DNA of 64,000 nucleotides from Dicyema japonicum (lineage: Eukaryota; Animalia; Dicyemida). Shown here in pieces: positions 37,086 to 50,569 of this stretch (positions are counted from its first letter, which is position 1; each line of letters opens with the position of its first letter). The translations under genes were made by a program, and so were the position numbers. Location: NCBI GenBank assembly GCA_011109175.1, contig RDEW01000067.1, forward strand, positions 1 through 64,000. The letters run 5' to 3'. The notes beneath the pieces were generated by a model. The model worked only from the letters and a program-made list of their open reading frames with translations. It had not been told where the DNA came from and ran no database searches.

Positions 37086-39045
37086 TTTTCAAAAATTGAG
37101 AATATATGTTTGCAATCCGCACTCTTTTCGAGAGCGGGTACAGCCCTTTGGCATTGACGAACCCTCCACAACAACATAGGTGTTCTACGCAAACATCAAC
37201 TCCCACGGTTGTGCGATCCCAATCCGAATACAGTCATCGTCTAAAAGGGTCCCCAGGGAGGAACACGAGAGTGCATCCAGCCACGCTCCGCTCCATGGTT
37301 GGCGGCGGACACGAGGCATGCAAGACGATGCTAGTTGGCCTCAGAGTTTAGCACGTCGAAGATATTTTTGGAGTCCAGTCACGTTGCCTCAAAGGATCGT
37401 TCGGCAAATCCAAACCAGTTTCACACCATTCGCGACGAGCTTCGTCGAAGACTCTTTCCCAAAAAAGTCCGGTTGTAAGACGTAGGATTTCTTGAACCAA
37501 AAGGCTTCCACTTGAGAGCGATGCCACATATGCTGGATAAGCGATCTCCAGCGCCGACCTGAGACCCGTTCCTCCGAGGCGTGTATGAAGCTTGCATTGG
37601 TTCCAACTCGGCACATCAAAGTAGATGTTTAGAAGCAATTCAGCTGATTTTTTCAATGTTCCATCCAGTGACAGGAGGATGTCACTATGTTTGAAGCAGG
37701 AGTTTGGGCAAGCCGATGCTATTCTTCAAAAGGAAGAACGCTGTATAACCATCGAGTAAAAAGAGTTTCTTCATGACTCTAGAGAGTTCATCCTCTTTTG
37801 TTGGTAGATGGCTCCGCAGTTCCTTTTCGTGAAGTGGGCACCCAAGAAAGTATGATGGCTCCCTGGGTACGACAGTAATTCCATGTAGTACCGAGTTGAA
37901 AGACTCGAACACGTTGATAAAATCACTCTCCGAGTATGTGATATTTATTAGCTCCGATTTCCTTTTCGTGAAGTGGGCACCCAAGAAAGTATGATGGCTC
38001 CCTGGGTACGACAGTAATTCCATGTAGTACCGAGTTGAAAGACTCGAACACGTTGATAAAAACACTCTCCGAGTATGTGATATTTATTAGCTCGATTTCC
38101 TTTTCGTGAAGTGGGCACCCAAGAAAGTATGATGGCTCCCTGGGTACGACAGTAATTCCATGTAGTACCGAGTTGAAAGACTCGAACACGTTGATAAAAA
38201 CACTCTCCGAGTATGTGATATTTATTAGCTCCGATTTCTTTATGTTTATCTCAAGTCCGAGGTTTCGTAGTGCAGGCACGGCGTGAACTTTTCTCCACGG
38301 CGCTCCAATTGTGGCGTCAAGATACCAGAGGTTTAGTTGTGTGTTTATAGAGCGGACAGTTTCATCGATTGCCAGAGCGAAGAGTAGTGGACCAAGTGGG
38401 TCCCCTTGTTGAACTCCAGTCTTCGAACAGATAATCTTGTCCCCGAAAACCAGTGAAGAATTTGTTCCGTAAGCGAGGAAGACAAGTGGAATAAGTTCCG
38501 GGGCTCGTTTTCGAAAATTTGATCCCTCCTCAGTGAATTGAAGGCATTGCAGATGTCCAGCTTGACCCCAATGTGTGGGTTTTGTTCCGTCTTTCTGTCC
38601 AAAAAAACACCTCGCAGCATGCACTGCCGCCTCGCATCCGTTCCTTACACCAACCTCCAGTTGGAGGAGAAAAATTCTTTAGATATTCTCGGACAGACAA
38701 TGCTGCATGCGATTTTCGCTGTCAGTCTTCTGAAATAGTTGCCGAACGCGATGGGGCGGACCCCATCTTCAGGTTTTTTGAAAGCCAGTAGATGTGCACT
38801 GAAAAGAAGCTTCCTTGCGTTGGGAGGAATATCTCCGTTCAAAATACGCATAACCAGTTTTGTAATTGATTTGACAAGGTTGAAGCCAGCTTTTGCTGTA
38901 GCCTCCGCCATAAGATCCTTTATGTGACCCGGCCGAAGCCATCGATGCCTCCACTGCTAATCGCGCACTTCGCCTTCGGTGACGGTCATCCTTGACAAAT
39001 TTCCCGGAAGCACGAATGGCCGGTAATCTGCCGGAGCACTTTTTT
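37086..39045 (-). mobile_element. CRE-like RLE retrotransposon, truncated, with internal tandem duplications
   Basis: LLAFKKPEDGVRPIAFGNYFRRL, KLDICNAFNSLRR, GVQQGDPLGPLLF, LWYLD, LGGTGLRS, GAWLDAL. Confidence 0.88.
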
Positions 39046-39735
39046 ATTTATTATAAAACATAATTATGAAAGTTTTAATATTATTTTTATTAAAATTTAT
39101 CTCTTTTTGAGAGTTTCAATAGTTGACTCAAAACTGCGCAAAGCTGCTCATAGACTTTGATAAAGAAAATTTTTATTTTTAACTACAAACAGTTAAAAAC
39201 TACTAAAAAATTTCAGTCAGGCTGGACGTTCTCAGAATTGAAAACCTATCTTCAAAGACGATTTTTAAGGAAATGGGCTCAATAATCCAGATCCTTTCTC
39301 CAATATCCATGTTCTCCTTGCGAGAGGCGATCCGATACAGTTCAGCAGGGTCAGTGATCTGCTTCCAAGATAAACAAACATATCATTCATAAACTTTGCT
39401 CCAGTACGGCAAAGTTTATCACGCTAATCGGTCAACTTATATGGCGGAAACAAAATCCTAAAATGACGCGAAATTAATAGCATGAATTAATAGGGTCCTC
39501 ATCCAAAATAATTGCGAGAATGCTATTATGAGCTTCAATTAACAATAAAATTTCAAAAATATATTTTTTTAAATAAGCTAAAACTTTGGAAACTTGATCG
39601 CGTTTAGAATCCAAAATTCTTATTCAATCTGACATACATAGTTCTTTAATGTAAATTGTGATGATTTCGGTATTCTCACAAGTGTTTAATATTTTGTTTT
39701 TATTAAGATAATTAAAAAATATTTGTGGTGGCGCT

Positions 39736-40044
39736 GGCGCAGTGTGACAGTTTCCGGGCAAGAGGTTTGAAACTCGCTAGTTCGAATCCCGATACTGACA
39801 TACGGTTGAAGGTTCCATGCATCAATATGCTTTGGTTTGACGAGTGACGCCATCATAAGTGAACTTCACTGCGGAACCGGATTGTCTATAATGGACATAC
39901 ACCCAAGAAAAAGAAAAAAATGAAATGAAGAGCATTCCTTGATCCTCCCTTGATTAATAACTGTTCTTTGTTTAAATAAAGTGTGTGTTCTGCCTGAGGT
40001 GAACGATAACTGATATGGCCTCTTGGAAAGTGCGATTATTATTA
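39736..40044 (+). mobile_element. tRNA-derived SINE, copy 5, inserted at the 5' end of a LINE
   Basis: 12-bp TSD TGTGGTGGCGCT at 39724-39735 and 40045-40056, A/B boxes, core and (ATT)n tail. Confidence 0.9.
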
Positions 40045-42410
40045 TGTGGTGGCGCTCAGTGCAAGTTCTGTATGGAAGAGAACCGTTCAACTTTCCCTAC
40101 TCTTCTGCGATTTTCAGAAGGGTGGCATACCAATTCCCCCGTTTCCTCTTTACTACTTCTGTCTGGTGATGTAGAACCTAATCCGGGATCCAACTGCACA
40201 CTGACTATTCTACAATTAAATGTAAATGGAATCCGCAATAAAGTGTTGAATTACGATCCCTTTCATCCCATTTGAAAGTGGACATTGCCCTCATTCAAGA
40301 ATCTCTATAAAGTCCCCAACACCTTGTTTTCCTGGATATTGTGTACTTCGCAAAAACCAAACAAGAAGTCTCGGAGGAAGATTATTGATTATCGTTAAGG
40401 ATGGACTTAAATTTACGGATGTCACCCATTTCGTATCTTATCTCTGCGAAGGGGATTTTATTCTGGAACAGATTTCTACTGAAGTTTTTTTTTCTCAGAC
40501 GAGATGTTTTACACTGTGTAATGTCTAGATCCCGCCTCAGGAGTCATGTACTACTTCATACATCCCCAACCTATTGAGACTGTGTGGATTAAAAGATCTG
40601 CTACTATGCGGAGATTTAAACACACAATCAGCCGACAATCGCGGAGAGTACATCCTATCTATACTCGACGAATTTATTATCCTCAATAATCCGGATTCCC
40701 ATACGAGGACCCCAATCCGAAGAAAGGATAGTCCAACTCCCAGGATTTATCATTATACACTCCCTCCCTTGCTGGATACCTTTCATGGGATGTTCGTTAT
40801 GGTTTTACAAGCGACCATAACCCAATTATGTTAAAACTGAAAAGATCTATTTGTCTGCCAAGATGTTCTACAAAGTTCAAGGACTAATCGAAGGAAAATT
40901 GGTTTAAATTCAGCGCGTATGTGGATAATTGTCTATCGGGACTCATTGTGGAAGACTTCCCTGTTGACAAGGCAGCCATGATGTTAACTTCAGTTATTCG
41001 AAAAGCCGACAGAATGTTCATCCCAATATCCTCCTACAGAAAATTCAATACGAAACTATTTTCGGGCATCCTGGAACTTATCAAGAAACGGGATGCTTTG
41101 AAGAAAACCGGAATGCAATCAGATGGCTCTATATCGTCCATACGCTTTCTAAATCGCAGAATTTCCCTACTAATTTGTGATAAACACATACACAAATGGA
41201 GTCGGCTTGTTGGTCGACTATGCCACAAGAAATCGTGTGGAAACTTCTGGAAGACACTAAAGAGTATCAACAGCCTTACAAAGGAAGATGACGGTGGAGT
41301 GGAAACCGTTACCCTTGTCCCGGAACATGTACGGAAACTCGCTAGTAACCTAAGTGTCAATCTCTCGATCTCTGCATATCAAGCGAGGTGGTCCACAACA
41401 GTCGACATATACGACGTTCTTCACTACCTACGATGTGGAAAGGACTATTAAATTTCTACGACCAACCCTGTGACCCCGATGGTGTCTGTGCTATCCACCT
41501 TAAACACCTAGGACCTCAGGCTCATATTGTGTTATCAAGACTATAAAACCAGTCTATAAATTCTCATACAATACTATACCAAACATATGGAAGACCTCAT
41601 TGATTACTCCAATCCTCAAATTTGGAAAATCAAAAGACATTCCATCCTTATACCGCCCTGTCTCCATAACTTGCGCCGTGTCAAAAGTGTTGGAGAAGAT
41701 TATACTAATCCATGAATTTGCTGTCTGTGTCTGCATCCAAGTCTCAGTTCAGCCTATTTACTACGGACAGAAGATGTAAAGGTGGACTTGATATATTCCT
41801 CGGAAACATTCCCATCCCTTATACACGAATCCAGAAGATTTTTGGAGTAACTTTCGACTCTCTGATGACGTTCGCCAGTCACACGGAGGAAGTGTTAACC
41901 AAGGGTTTTCAAAAATGGAACGTCCTAAAAACCATAGTAAAGAAGAGCCCCTTCCCTCCTACTGCCTGTATCAGCAAAGTATATCTCCAAGTTATTGTGC
42001 GACGATTGAATATACTTGTTCTACCTGGAGATTCGCCATTCCTTCTACGAGGGTGGAGCGTGTGAATTCTCTCAGACGGAAGATCATGATGCACATACAA
42101 TCAGACTCTACATCCGTTCCCAGTCTGCTTTCAGAGGAGGCGACGGTGAGAAATGGCCTGGGCTTCCTACGTATGTGCAAACCCATTCAGAGAGTGGTTC
42201 ATGCGGAGGAATTCAGATCGGCAATAAAAAAGTGCACTCCGATAGAATTCCTCTGCAGAAATAAAAGAAGACACTTCAGAAACGCTGTTGTTTCACTGGC
42301 GGAGCATTCAAAGAGAATTCGAGAGATGTTGGCACTGGGATCACTTAATTTAGCAAGTTAATTCCTTCTTTTTTGGTGGTCTTGAAGTTTTAAATAAATA
42401 AATATAAATG
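40045..42410 (+). mobile_element. Ingi/Vingi-like LINE: 2A-like leader, APE, RT with internal deletion, 3' end
   Basis: LLLLSGDVEPNPG, ILQLNVNGIRNK, IQES, LLCGDLN, HLKHLG..YRPVSITC..SKVLEKIIL. It then jumps at about 41710 to the post-YADD region, so the RT core is missing. Ends LGSLNLAS* followed by (TAAA)n. Confidence 0.9.
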
Positions 42411-43436
42411 TATTTCAATTCCTTCACCAATTCACCAAACATACAATGATCACATTTTTTTATCTTGTGGGTAGATACTTCGCCAGGAACGCCACTTGTG
42501 TGGATGGGTTCTCCACAGACCTTTAAATGGCGGCAACTCAGCCAGGATCAGCCTCAGAAAGGGAGAGAAACCCTAAGAAAAAACACAAAATCTCGGTGGA
42601 CAGTTATTGTTGAACCACTCACCGTCGAAATATCAGGGGGTCAGATCACTAACTCCGATTAACCATATTGGATCGCTAATCGTGTAAAAGAAAATGATAA
42701 CAGAGGTAACTCAGCTTATTGAGCGCATTTCCTCACAACTCTCGATTTTCAGAGCTGTCAGACATATTTTTGTAGAATTCTTTGTAGCTTTCCTCTTCCC
42801 TCAATTGAAGAGTTCTAATAATAGAAATTTTCATCTGTGGACTTAAAAAAACAACTTTGTGGTTTAAAAAGACTCGTCGCCTCACGATTGTGATGTGTTT
42901 AACATTCGTTGAGAAGACAAGAAAGACAGACATGTTTAAGCCAGGTGATAATTAACTATTTTGGGGATCTGTTCACGTGATTCCTATCGCCGATTCAATT
43001 TAAAAATCTCATTTTAAATATAAAATAAAAAAATAAAATTTTGACCTCTTCTATGTAGGAACCAACCGACGTGGTCACTTGAATTTACCAGCGATGAATT
43101 TACAGGTTACCGGGGTTTCAGAAGTCTTTTCAGTCGAATATCTGATCAATTAACCTCTCGGGAAACAGGTCAATAATTATGCCTGCGTAAGAACTGACCC
43201 AGTTAATGAATACCAGTTTACTGAATACTGAATACTAAGCGCTTAATCCTAACGAGAAGGGTATGGAAGTGGTAAACCAACAGCCATATCATCATGAAGA
43301 TCAATATTAATGGAAATGGTAAACAACAGCCATATCATCATTAAGATCAATTCAATAGCAATCAAATATGCAAAAAATCTTAAAATATGCGACCTTTGGA
43401 AATATAAATTAAACAAGACAGCGTATTTACTTTATT

Positions 43437-45279
43437 ATGTCGGAGTCTATTGACAGAGATGAAGATGGATTTGATGAGGAGACCCTAATTAAAATGTTGT
43501 CCCCAGTCCAGGCGCCAGAAGGAGGCTGTGGATGGTTGATCGTGTGTATCTGCTCGCTTATTTCGTTTTTCTACACTGGATTAATTTGCTCGTTTGGAAG
43601 AATAATGATAATATTCGTTAAAGATTATCCATTAATCCAAAGAGAACTTTTTTCTTCCAGCTGTATTATTCTCGCTGTGAACATAATTGGTAAACCAATT
43701 TGGTTTACTTTAGTTTTACCTTCAACTATTCTTCTTAAATTTACCACACCAAAAGTTTTGCTGATAAGTTCGGGGTTGTTTTGTCTATTTCGCTTATTTC
43801 AACATATTTCGTCGGTAAATATGAACTGTATTTTCTGACAATATCGATAATTCCAGGTATTTGTTTAATTCACATTAGGAATTGGCTTTGGGATGGCTTT
43901 CGTCTCTTCCAGTGCTCAACTCAGTGTTTATTTTATTGAGAAACAACATATTGCCATCGCTGTTATTTCTGTTGCACGAGGAATCGGTGCAATTGTAATC
44001 CCAGTCATAGTACATGTGATATACATTAAATTCAATGTGAGTATCGCAATTATCGGTTCTTTCACTTTATCATCTCATTACTGGGATTATTCATTAGTCC
44101 CCCCAGACTATCACATAAAGACGGATCTGATGTCAAAGAATACGCCTCTAAAATGGCCAAAGAATACTGCCAAGACCATCAAAATGAAGAACAGAGAGGA
44201 CAAGAAAATGCCAAGTCTAAAAATATTTTTTGGTTTTTCATCAGAAATGTATTAAAGAATAACACAAAGATTCATTTCCACCTGAAGGAACCGCTTGAAG
44301 GTGATGTTTATGAAAATATGGATGTCAATGAAATGTGGACGAATTTGTTTGTAAAATTACACGAAAAGAATAAATTTGACCAATCCATAGAAAAAGTAAT
44401 GACTAAATGGCTAGAATGTGTATTATTGAATCCCGTCAATCGAATGGATATGTTTTTGGAGAGTAGCCGTGATATTATTGCTAAGAGAGCATCAGTAAAT
44501 ATTGACAATGTTCTAGCTTTCTTAAAATACCAAAAATTCAAAAATCATTCAAAAAGCAAAAATTGTCCATAAAAGTCAGTAACAAAAACAACCGATATAT
44601 CGAATAAGATAAATATTTTCTTACTCGTTTTATCTTCTTCTATATTTCATTTTGTGAGCAGTATTCCTTTACTATCTTAATCATTATACAGATATGTAAT
44701 AATTATTTATCGTCATTCATCGGTTGGAATTTTTGGTTTTAATATATAGGAGTTGGGGGTATGGTCGGGCAGTTGTTTTCCGCCCTTTTGTTGATTAAGT
44801 TTAACTTTGAACCTTATCCGATCAAGTTCACATCGATGGTTGTGTCTTCTATGTCATATTTGGCTATCGCTTACTTTGTAGATAATTTTACGGCATACAT
44901 ATTATATGCGTTATTTTTGGAATATCTTTAGGTTATTTACCGTCCATACAATTTTAGGTGTGATTGAAAATACATTCCAACTGATCGTTTTGGATTACAC
45001 CGGAATGACTAATTTCACGTTAATATATTCGATAATAATTGCAAGTAATGGAATTTCTACCTTTGTTGGTCTATGCGTGACAGGTACTATCATTAATTAA
45101 ACAGGACCCACATTTGTTCGGGAACTTTAACATTTTTCAATATCTTATTAGTTTCGTGCGGGATTAGTTTGGCTTCTACTATAATATTTTCGCTGATATT
45201 TATTATTAAAAAGTGTTCACAAAGGAATAACCATATCACTTCTGAGGGAGATGATAACACGGCTAACTCTATTATTTGA
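43437..45279 (+). pseudogene. SLC16/MCT-like transporter, copy 2 (disrupted)
   Basis: APEGGCGWLIV; colinear paralog of 10157-12017 with the same micro-intron positions but different indels. Confidence 0.75.
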
Positions 45280-45479
45280 TTTAGTTTTAGAATTTGGTTT
45301 TTTCCTTTTATTAATTACATATTTCATATTTGTTATACTATGTCTGAGTTTTTAGGACTGGATTAACTGTGATTACGGGACTATTTGTGGCTCAAGGATT
45401 CAAATGGGTAAGGTTTATAAACAATGAAAGATGTCACTTAGAGAGTCGATGCATTCAAATGCATATATTTTGATAATTT

Positions 45480-48400
45480 GGAGATTATAGTACTGTTCGA
45501 CCCCTGTTTGGGGTAACAAATACTCAAAAAATAATTTAAGTTACTTAGGCATCCAGAAAACCGCTATTTTCTCCTTCACTGTAACCCTCACTTGTCTCAG
45601 TAATTCTCTTAGTATTTCTTGGTCTGTCTCAAAATTCGTGACTTCCGGCCCAGTAGAAATATTCTTCCATTATTCTGTTACACGGCTTAGTCAGGTCAGT
45701 CTAAGAATATGTCCAAATAGTTGCCATCTAGATAGAATAACGTCCATGCTAGTTGGTGTAGATTTACATAGAGCATATAGTTTCTTCGTTTGAGATTTTT
45801 CTCGGCCAAAAGATTCCAGTCAGTATGCGCAGTTGGCTTCTGTGGAATGTATCTAAGCCTCTCTAAATCGTTTTTGGAGGTTCCCAATGATCCGGAATTG
45901 TATATCAGTATTTGCTTGATAAACGTGTCGTATAGTCTGACACGAGTTTCAGTTATACATTTCTCTTTCTTACCCTGATGTTGTAAATTTTTTTGAAGTA
46001 TACGGTGAGAGCGGAGCTTGGCTAAACGCCATCCCCAATGGAGCTTTGGGCACTTTTCTGGATGATGAATGCGTTAGAACTGGTATCTCTCTGCGGCTGG
46101 ACTAAAAGGATGTGTACCTCACCTGTGCCGATGTGGCATCCTGATAGACTGCTATGGCCTGCACCCTCTTGCCCGCAGGGGGGGGCGCTGGCAGATCCCC
46201 AAGGCACAAGGCTCTGAATGAAATTGTCAGGCGAGCTATGGATGCTGCTGGATACTCGGCCATTCTTGAACCGGTCGGGTTATGCAGAAGTGACGGGAAA
46301 CGACCGGACGGGATGACCATATTTCCATTTGAGGCCGGGAAACCACTGGTTTGGGATGTGACATGTACAGACACGTTCGCCCAGAAAAATCTTCACGAGA
46401 GTGCTACAAGGGCCTGTTCAGCATCCGTAAAGGCGGAGAAGGCCAAACTCGTTAAATACGCCGACCTTCCCGATGATGTCAAATTTGTTCCCCTTGCTAT
46501 GGAGACTTCCGGATCCTACTCCCCCTCTACACTCGAGTTTTTCGGACGTCTTGGAAACCGGATCACCTCATGCACTGGAGATCTCCGCGAACGCCGCTGG
46601 CTATTTGAGCGAATTTCGCTCGCAATTTTGAGAGGGAACAGCCACGCGGTGAGGGCGGCAACTACCTGACTTCTATTGTTTAAATTAATAAATAAATTTA
46701 AATTTCCCAAAAAAAAAAAGTATACGGTAGCCACTTTTTCCTTCGACAAATATCCTCGGCATCACCTAGTAGTGAGCCGAAATTTATGCACAGATCCCAT
46801 TTATTTAAAATAGTTTCTGCTTGGAATAAAATTTGGTCAAGTAGGATTTTCTGTACACACAGTCTACATCATTCGCGTATAACAATTCAATTATATCTTC
46901 GTATTTAGAACCCATTTCCTTTCTCAGCTCCCTGAGGGCAGCTTCGTGGTATATGATGAATATAATTGGGGATAAGGAATCACCTTGTGGGGTTCTCATA
47001 TTGGTACTTAAACTCTTTGAATGCTTAGTTTCTATTATCACGGATAGATAGTTTCAGAAAGTAATAGACTTATTAGTTTTAGGCAGTCAGCGTCAAGCAG
47101 TTCCTGTAGAATACCCATGAGTTATTCTCTATTGATGCTGTCAAAAGCCTTTGTTAGATCAATTCCTAGGATGTAGATAACTTTCCTGTAGTTTTGACAT
47201 ATTGGTGAAAGCCATCGATGACTCCACAAGATATCTGAGGTAGACCTTCCACTTTTAAACCCACTTTGACTTTGGGAAAGGTATTTTTTCACTGGCTCTC
47301 GTATACGGTTAAGCATTATGGTAGATAACGTATTTTTGATAGTTGACAGTGGAATAATAGGCCTTAATCCATCTAGTGATCCCCATTTATTCCCAGGTTT
47401 TTGTATCGGAATTAAGACTCCATGTCCTAAAAGAAGTGACAGTGAAGTTCCATTGACTCGTTTAATATATCCGTGATTATTTTCCCAACAATAACCGGAC
47501 CATGTTTTAGTAACTGGCCCGGGATGCCATCATAGCCAGCTGAACGATTGCCTTATAGGTGTATGAATGCATTTGTTATTTCCTTCATTGTAATTTTGTT
47601 TGTAAGAGGTCTTGGATTTCCAATAAATTTAGGTATATTCACCCCAACTAGATTAAACTGTGCCTCGAAATGTTTGGCAATATGGTTTGCTTTATTCTCT
47701 GGGTTTTGAAATAATGACCCGCGTTGTCGCAGATTTTCAGCGGCTTTTTCGTAGTTCCTCGTGTAAGTAATTTAACAGCACAAAACATTCGTCTTCCATA
47801 CTGACAGATTTCAATTTCAGTCGCCTTATCGTCCAAATATTTGTGGCAGAAGTCATTCGCTCGTTTTTATCAAATGTGATATTTGATTAAATTTTCTCTC
47901 TAATGCACTTTTATTCGGATTTGTACTTTCCAGTTTCGAACCTATTTCCTTCTGCTGTTCCGACAATTCTCTTATCACGGAGTCATGAATAATACGTCTA
48001 TTCCGGTCTTTTTCCTGGTATCCAACAGTCTCTGTCGCCGACAGTTTTAAGATATCCAAGATCTTCCAAGGTCAGTCGAAGGGTGCTACTGGTTTCAACA
48101 CCCCGCAACCGTTTAGAGACATTTTGTTGGTATCTCTTTTTCCAAGTGTCAAAATTTAACAATTCCATATCCAAACGTCTATAAAAGAGGTACTTTTCCT
48201 CTTTACTGGTTCAATTCCGAAGTATCGTTTAAGTTTTAATCTGGCAACTGTTAATTTGTGGTCACTGTCAGCTATCGTTCCTCCAAAACTCCTAGAGTCG
48301 GACAACAGTCTCTTTAAAGAGGTTGGGCAGATAATATAATCTATTTGGTTATAAATGTACGTGTTGCCGCCGTCTTTGGACCTTCTTGTGCCAACCCAGG

Positions 48401-48593
48401 TGGTTTTGCGCTTTGCAGGGTGTTCAAACGTGGTACTGCATAGATACAGATTTGATGAATTACAAAAATCAACGAGTGTCCAGGGAGATTTCTTGGAATC
48501 CTGTTCCATTTTTCGCATGTAGATAACCTCTTTTGCTTTGTTATGTTTTGGAATGAGATGGCTTTTCCGTTGGGGGAAATGTAAAAATATCAT
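45480..48593 (-). mobile_element. RTE-clade LINE (APE C-terminus, RT, 3' end), interrupted by a CRE insertion
   Basis: YNQIDYII..SDHKL (APE), SQSGFKSGRST, IDLTKAFDS, PQGDSLSP. Paralog of 12240-14292 that extends further 5'. Confidence 0.88.
46007..46719 (+). mobile_element. 5'-truncated CRE-like element with poly(A) tail and TSD
   Basis: TSD (AA)GTATACGGT at 45996-46006 and 46718-46728, A11 tail, intact 171-aa frame RH..DGKRPDG..LVWDVT. The paralogous site near 12757 is empty. Confidence 0.93.
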
Positions 48594-48900
48594 TTTTTCA
48601 TAAAATTACGAACTGTCTGAGGACTAACATGAGTTCCATTAACATCTTTAAGATTGTTGGCAAATTTCACAGCAATAAAATTAGGATCATTAGACCTTTC
48701 ATTTTCAATAATTTCCAGATCACTTTCATTCAAACAGCCGGACGCCCAGATCCTTCGTTTCTGGCAACAATAATTTTTGATCACTCTGGAAGTAGAATCC
48801 AGGGATCTTCCCGTAGTACTACAAATTTCACGGTTAGTTTTTCCAAGACAATAAAGTGCTAAATTTCTCCTTTTTCAGTTGGTGTCAAATGGCAAACCAT
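48594..48900 (-). mobile_element. Tc1-like transposase N-terminal (HTH) fragment
   Basis: MVCHLTPTEKGEI.ALYCLGKTNREI..SRVIKNY..VSPQTVRN. Confidence 0.6.
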
Positions 48901-49079
48901 CAAAATAAACCAGACACGTGAAATTAAAGGTTATTTTATTTAATAAAAATAAGTTTATAAATTTTGTTCGGATTTTTTTTGGTTTCATGTATTTATGGTT
49001 TGTAAAAGTAATAAGAAACAATTTCAAATCACTTGTCCACGTCTCCCATTTTAGAAGTTGGCAATCCATAGTTTATGTT

Positions 49080-50150
49080 TGGGTGGATGCATGTATCGTA
49101 AATCTTTGATATTTTCAAGAACTAATCTTTCGAGTATTCGGGAAAGTGAACATAGGATCGAGATTGGTTTGTAGGAAAGGATTTTCCTGACTCCAAGATT
49201 GGTTTGATGTATGATCTCTTCCAGACATCCTGAATAATGTTCATATTTATTGATATTGTGAATATGTAAGTAATTAAATCTAGAGCAAGAGGTCCTAGAT
49301 GATTTAGTTCTGTTTAGAAATATTGTCTGGACCTCGGGCTTTGGAGTTTCGGGCCTTTAATATTGCCCACTGGACGTCCTTCGCCGTAAATATGGTCCAT
49401 ACGTATGATCCTTTCGGTTTTATTCTGTTTAAGAGTACTTGGTGTTCTTTGGAGTGGTTTTATGTGCTATGGAAGCATAGTATTTCATTAAGGTGTTTGG
49501 TTGTAATGATATCCCATTTGCGGTTCATCAAAAGATTTTTGATAGACTTGAGTTTGTTCCAGACCTTCTGTACTGACGGATTTTCTGTTGGGGCTCTTGA
49601 TAGTTCTGTCCAGCGTTTCTCGTTTGTTTTACTGATATATTTGTTAATCTACTTTTTTAGTGTACGAATTCTTATTATATTCTCCTTCGACGGTATGTTC
49701 TTTTTCTTTAAATAGTTTCTTTCTTTTTTGTTTGTTCCACTCGCCGTTGAGACGTCTGGTTCCCTTGCGCCTGCGACGCTGGAAATTCTTGAGTCGTCTA
49801 GGGAATCGCATCGCTACACGAAAAAGGAGATTCTCGTGAGCGCTGCTAGTTATTTGAGCGAATCTCGCTCGCTATCTTATTTAGGAAAAATTAGAGAAAA
49901 TGTCTGTTCGGTTTTTTTGCTGAGTGTAATTTAACTCATTAATAAAAAATGACCCTTCTTTTAAAAATGGTATTCTATGGCAAAAAATTGCCCAAATAAT
50001 TATACATTTTTCGAAGAGAACAACATAAAATGCATTAATTGTGTTGGACTTTGTACAGATTGAGTAAAGTCAATGTCAGGATACCAATCTGGTCTTCAAG
50101 CTCTTGTAAAAAACAGAGCACCAGAAATTATCTGGACTCACTGCATGTTC
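49080..50150. mobile_element. Mixed remnants: Vingi-like RT N-terminus (-, 49080-49720), CRE 3' end (+, 49728-49935), Buster transposase piece (+, 50020-50150)
   Basis: KARGPDNIS..HLGP; FVPLAVETSG; CVGLCTD..MSG..GLQALVK..WTHCM. Confidence 0.65.
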
Positions 50151-50569
50151 ACAGTTTTTCTTCTGTTCCTCCCCTTTTAGTTTTCTTATAGTGCCATTAT
50201 GTAATCCACCTGTCTCACGTGGTGCCCAGTTCTCTTAGAAAATAGTGAATTTATTAAAACGGATTTATTCGATTCTTAAGCATTGATGATGACGTACTTT
50301 AATTTGCGAAATATCTACAACCGTTTCATTACACTGGAAACCACTGTTTTCCTTTTTCCGATTTGAATGGAAGGAATGACGGATTCTGTGGTTTTTAACT
50401 AAAAAAACCTTAAGTAAATCAAGATTGAGTTGAGTCCTTTCCGACCAGAAATTGAAAGAACCCAAACAAAGATTGATAGCCGCGAATAAAAGTGATTCTC
50501 AGCAGAGTAGATCGTATTTTTTTAACGTCAAGAGCACAAAGAAAAAAAGAGAGATTTATTACAAATTAC

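Noticed and set aside
37820-38230. Triplicated segment in the CRE (and similar duplications at 18720-18897 and 24040-24270)
   Set aside because: Near-identical local repeats that break reading frames. They are likely assembly stutter or neutral slippage and cannot be supported as functional.
39724-42410. A LINE family with a native tRNA-derived 5' head
   Set aside because: The head is bounded by its own 12-bp TSD and (ATT)n tail, so it is a SINE inserted into the LINE. The same SINE occurs alone with a TSD at 4567-4905.
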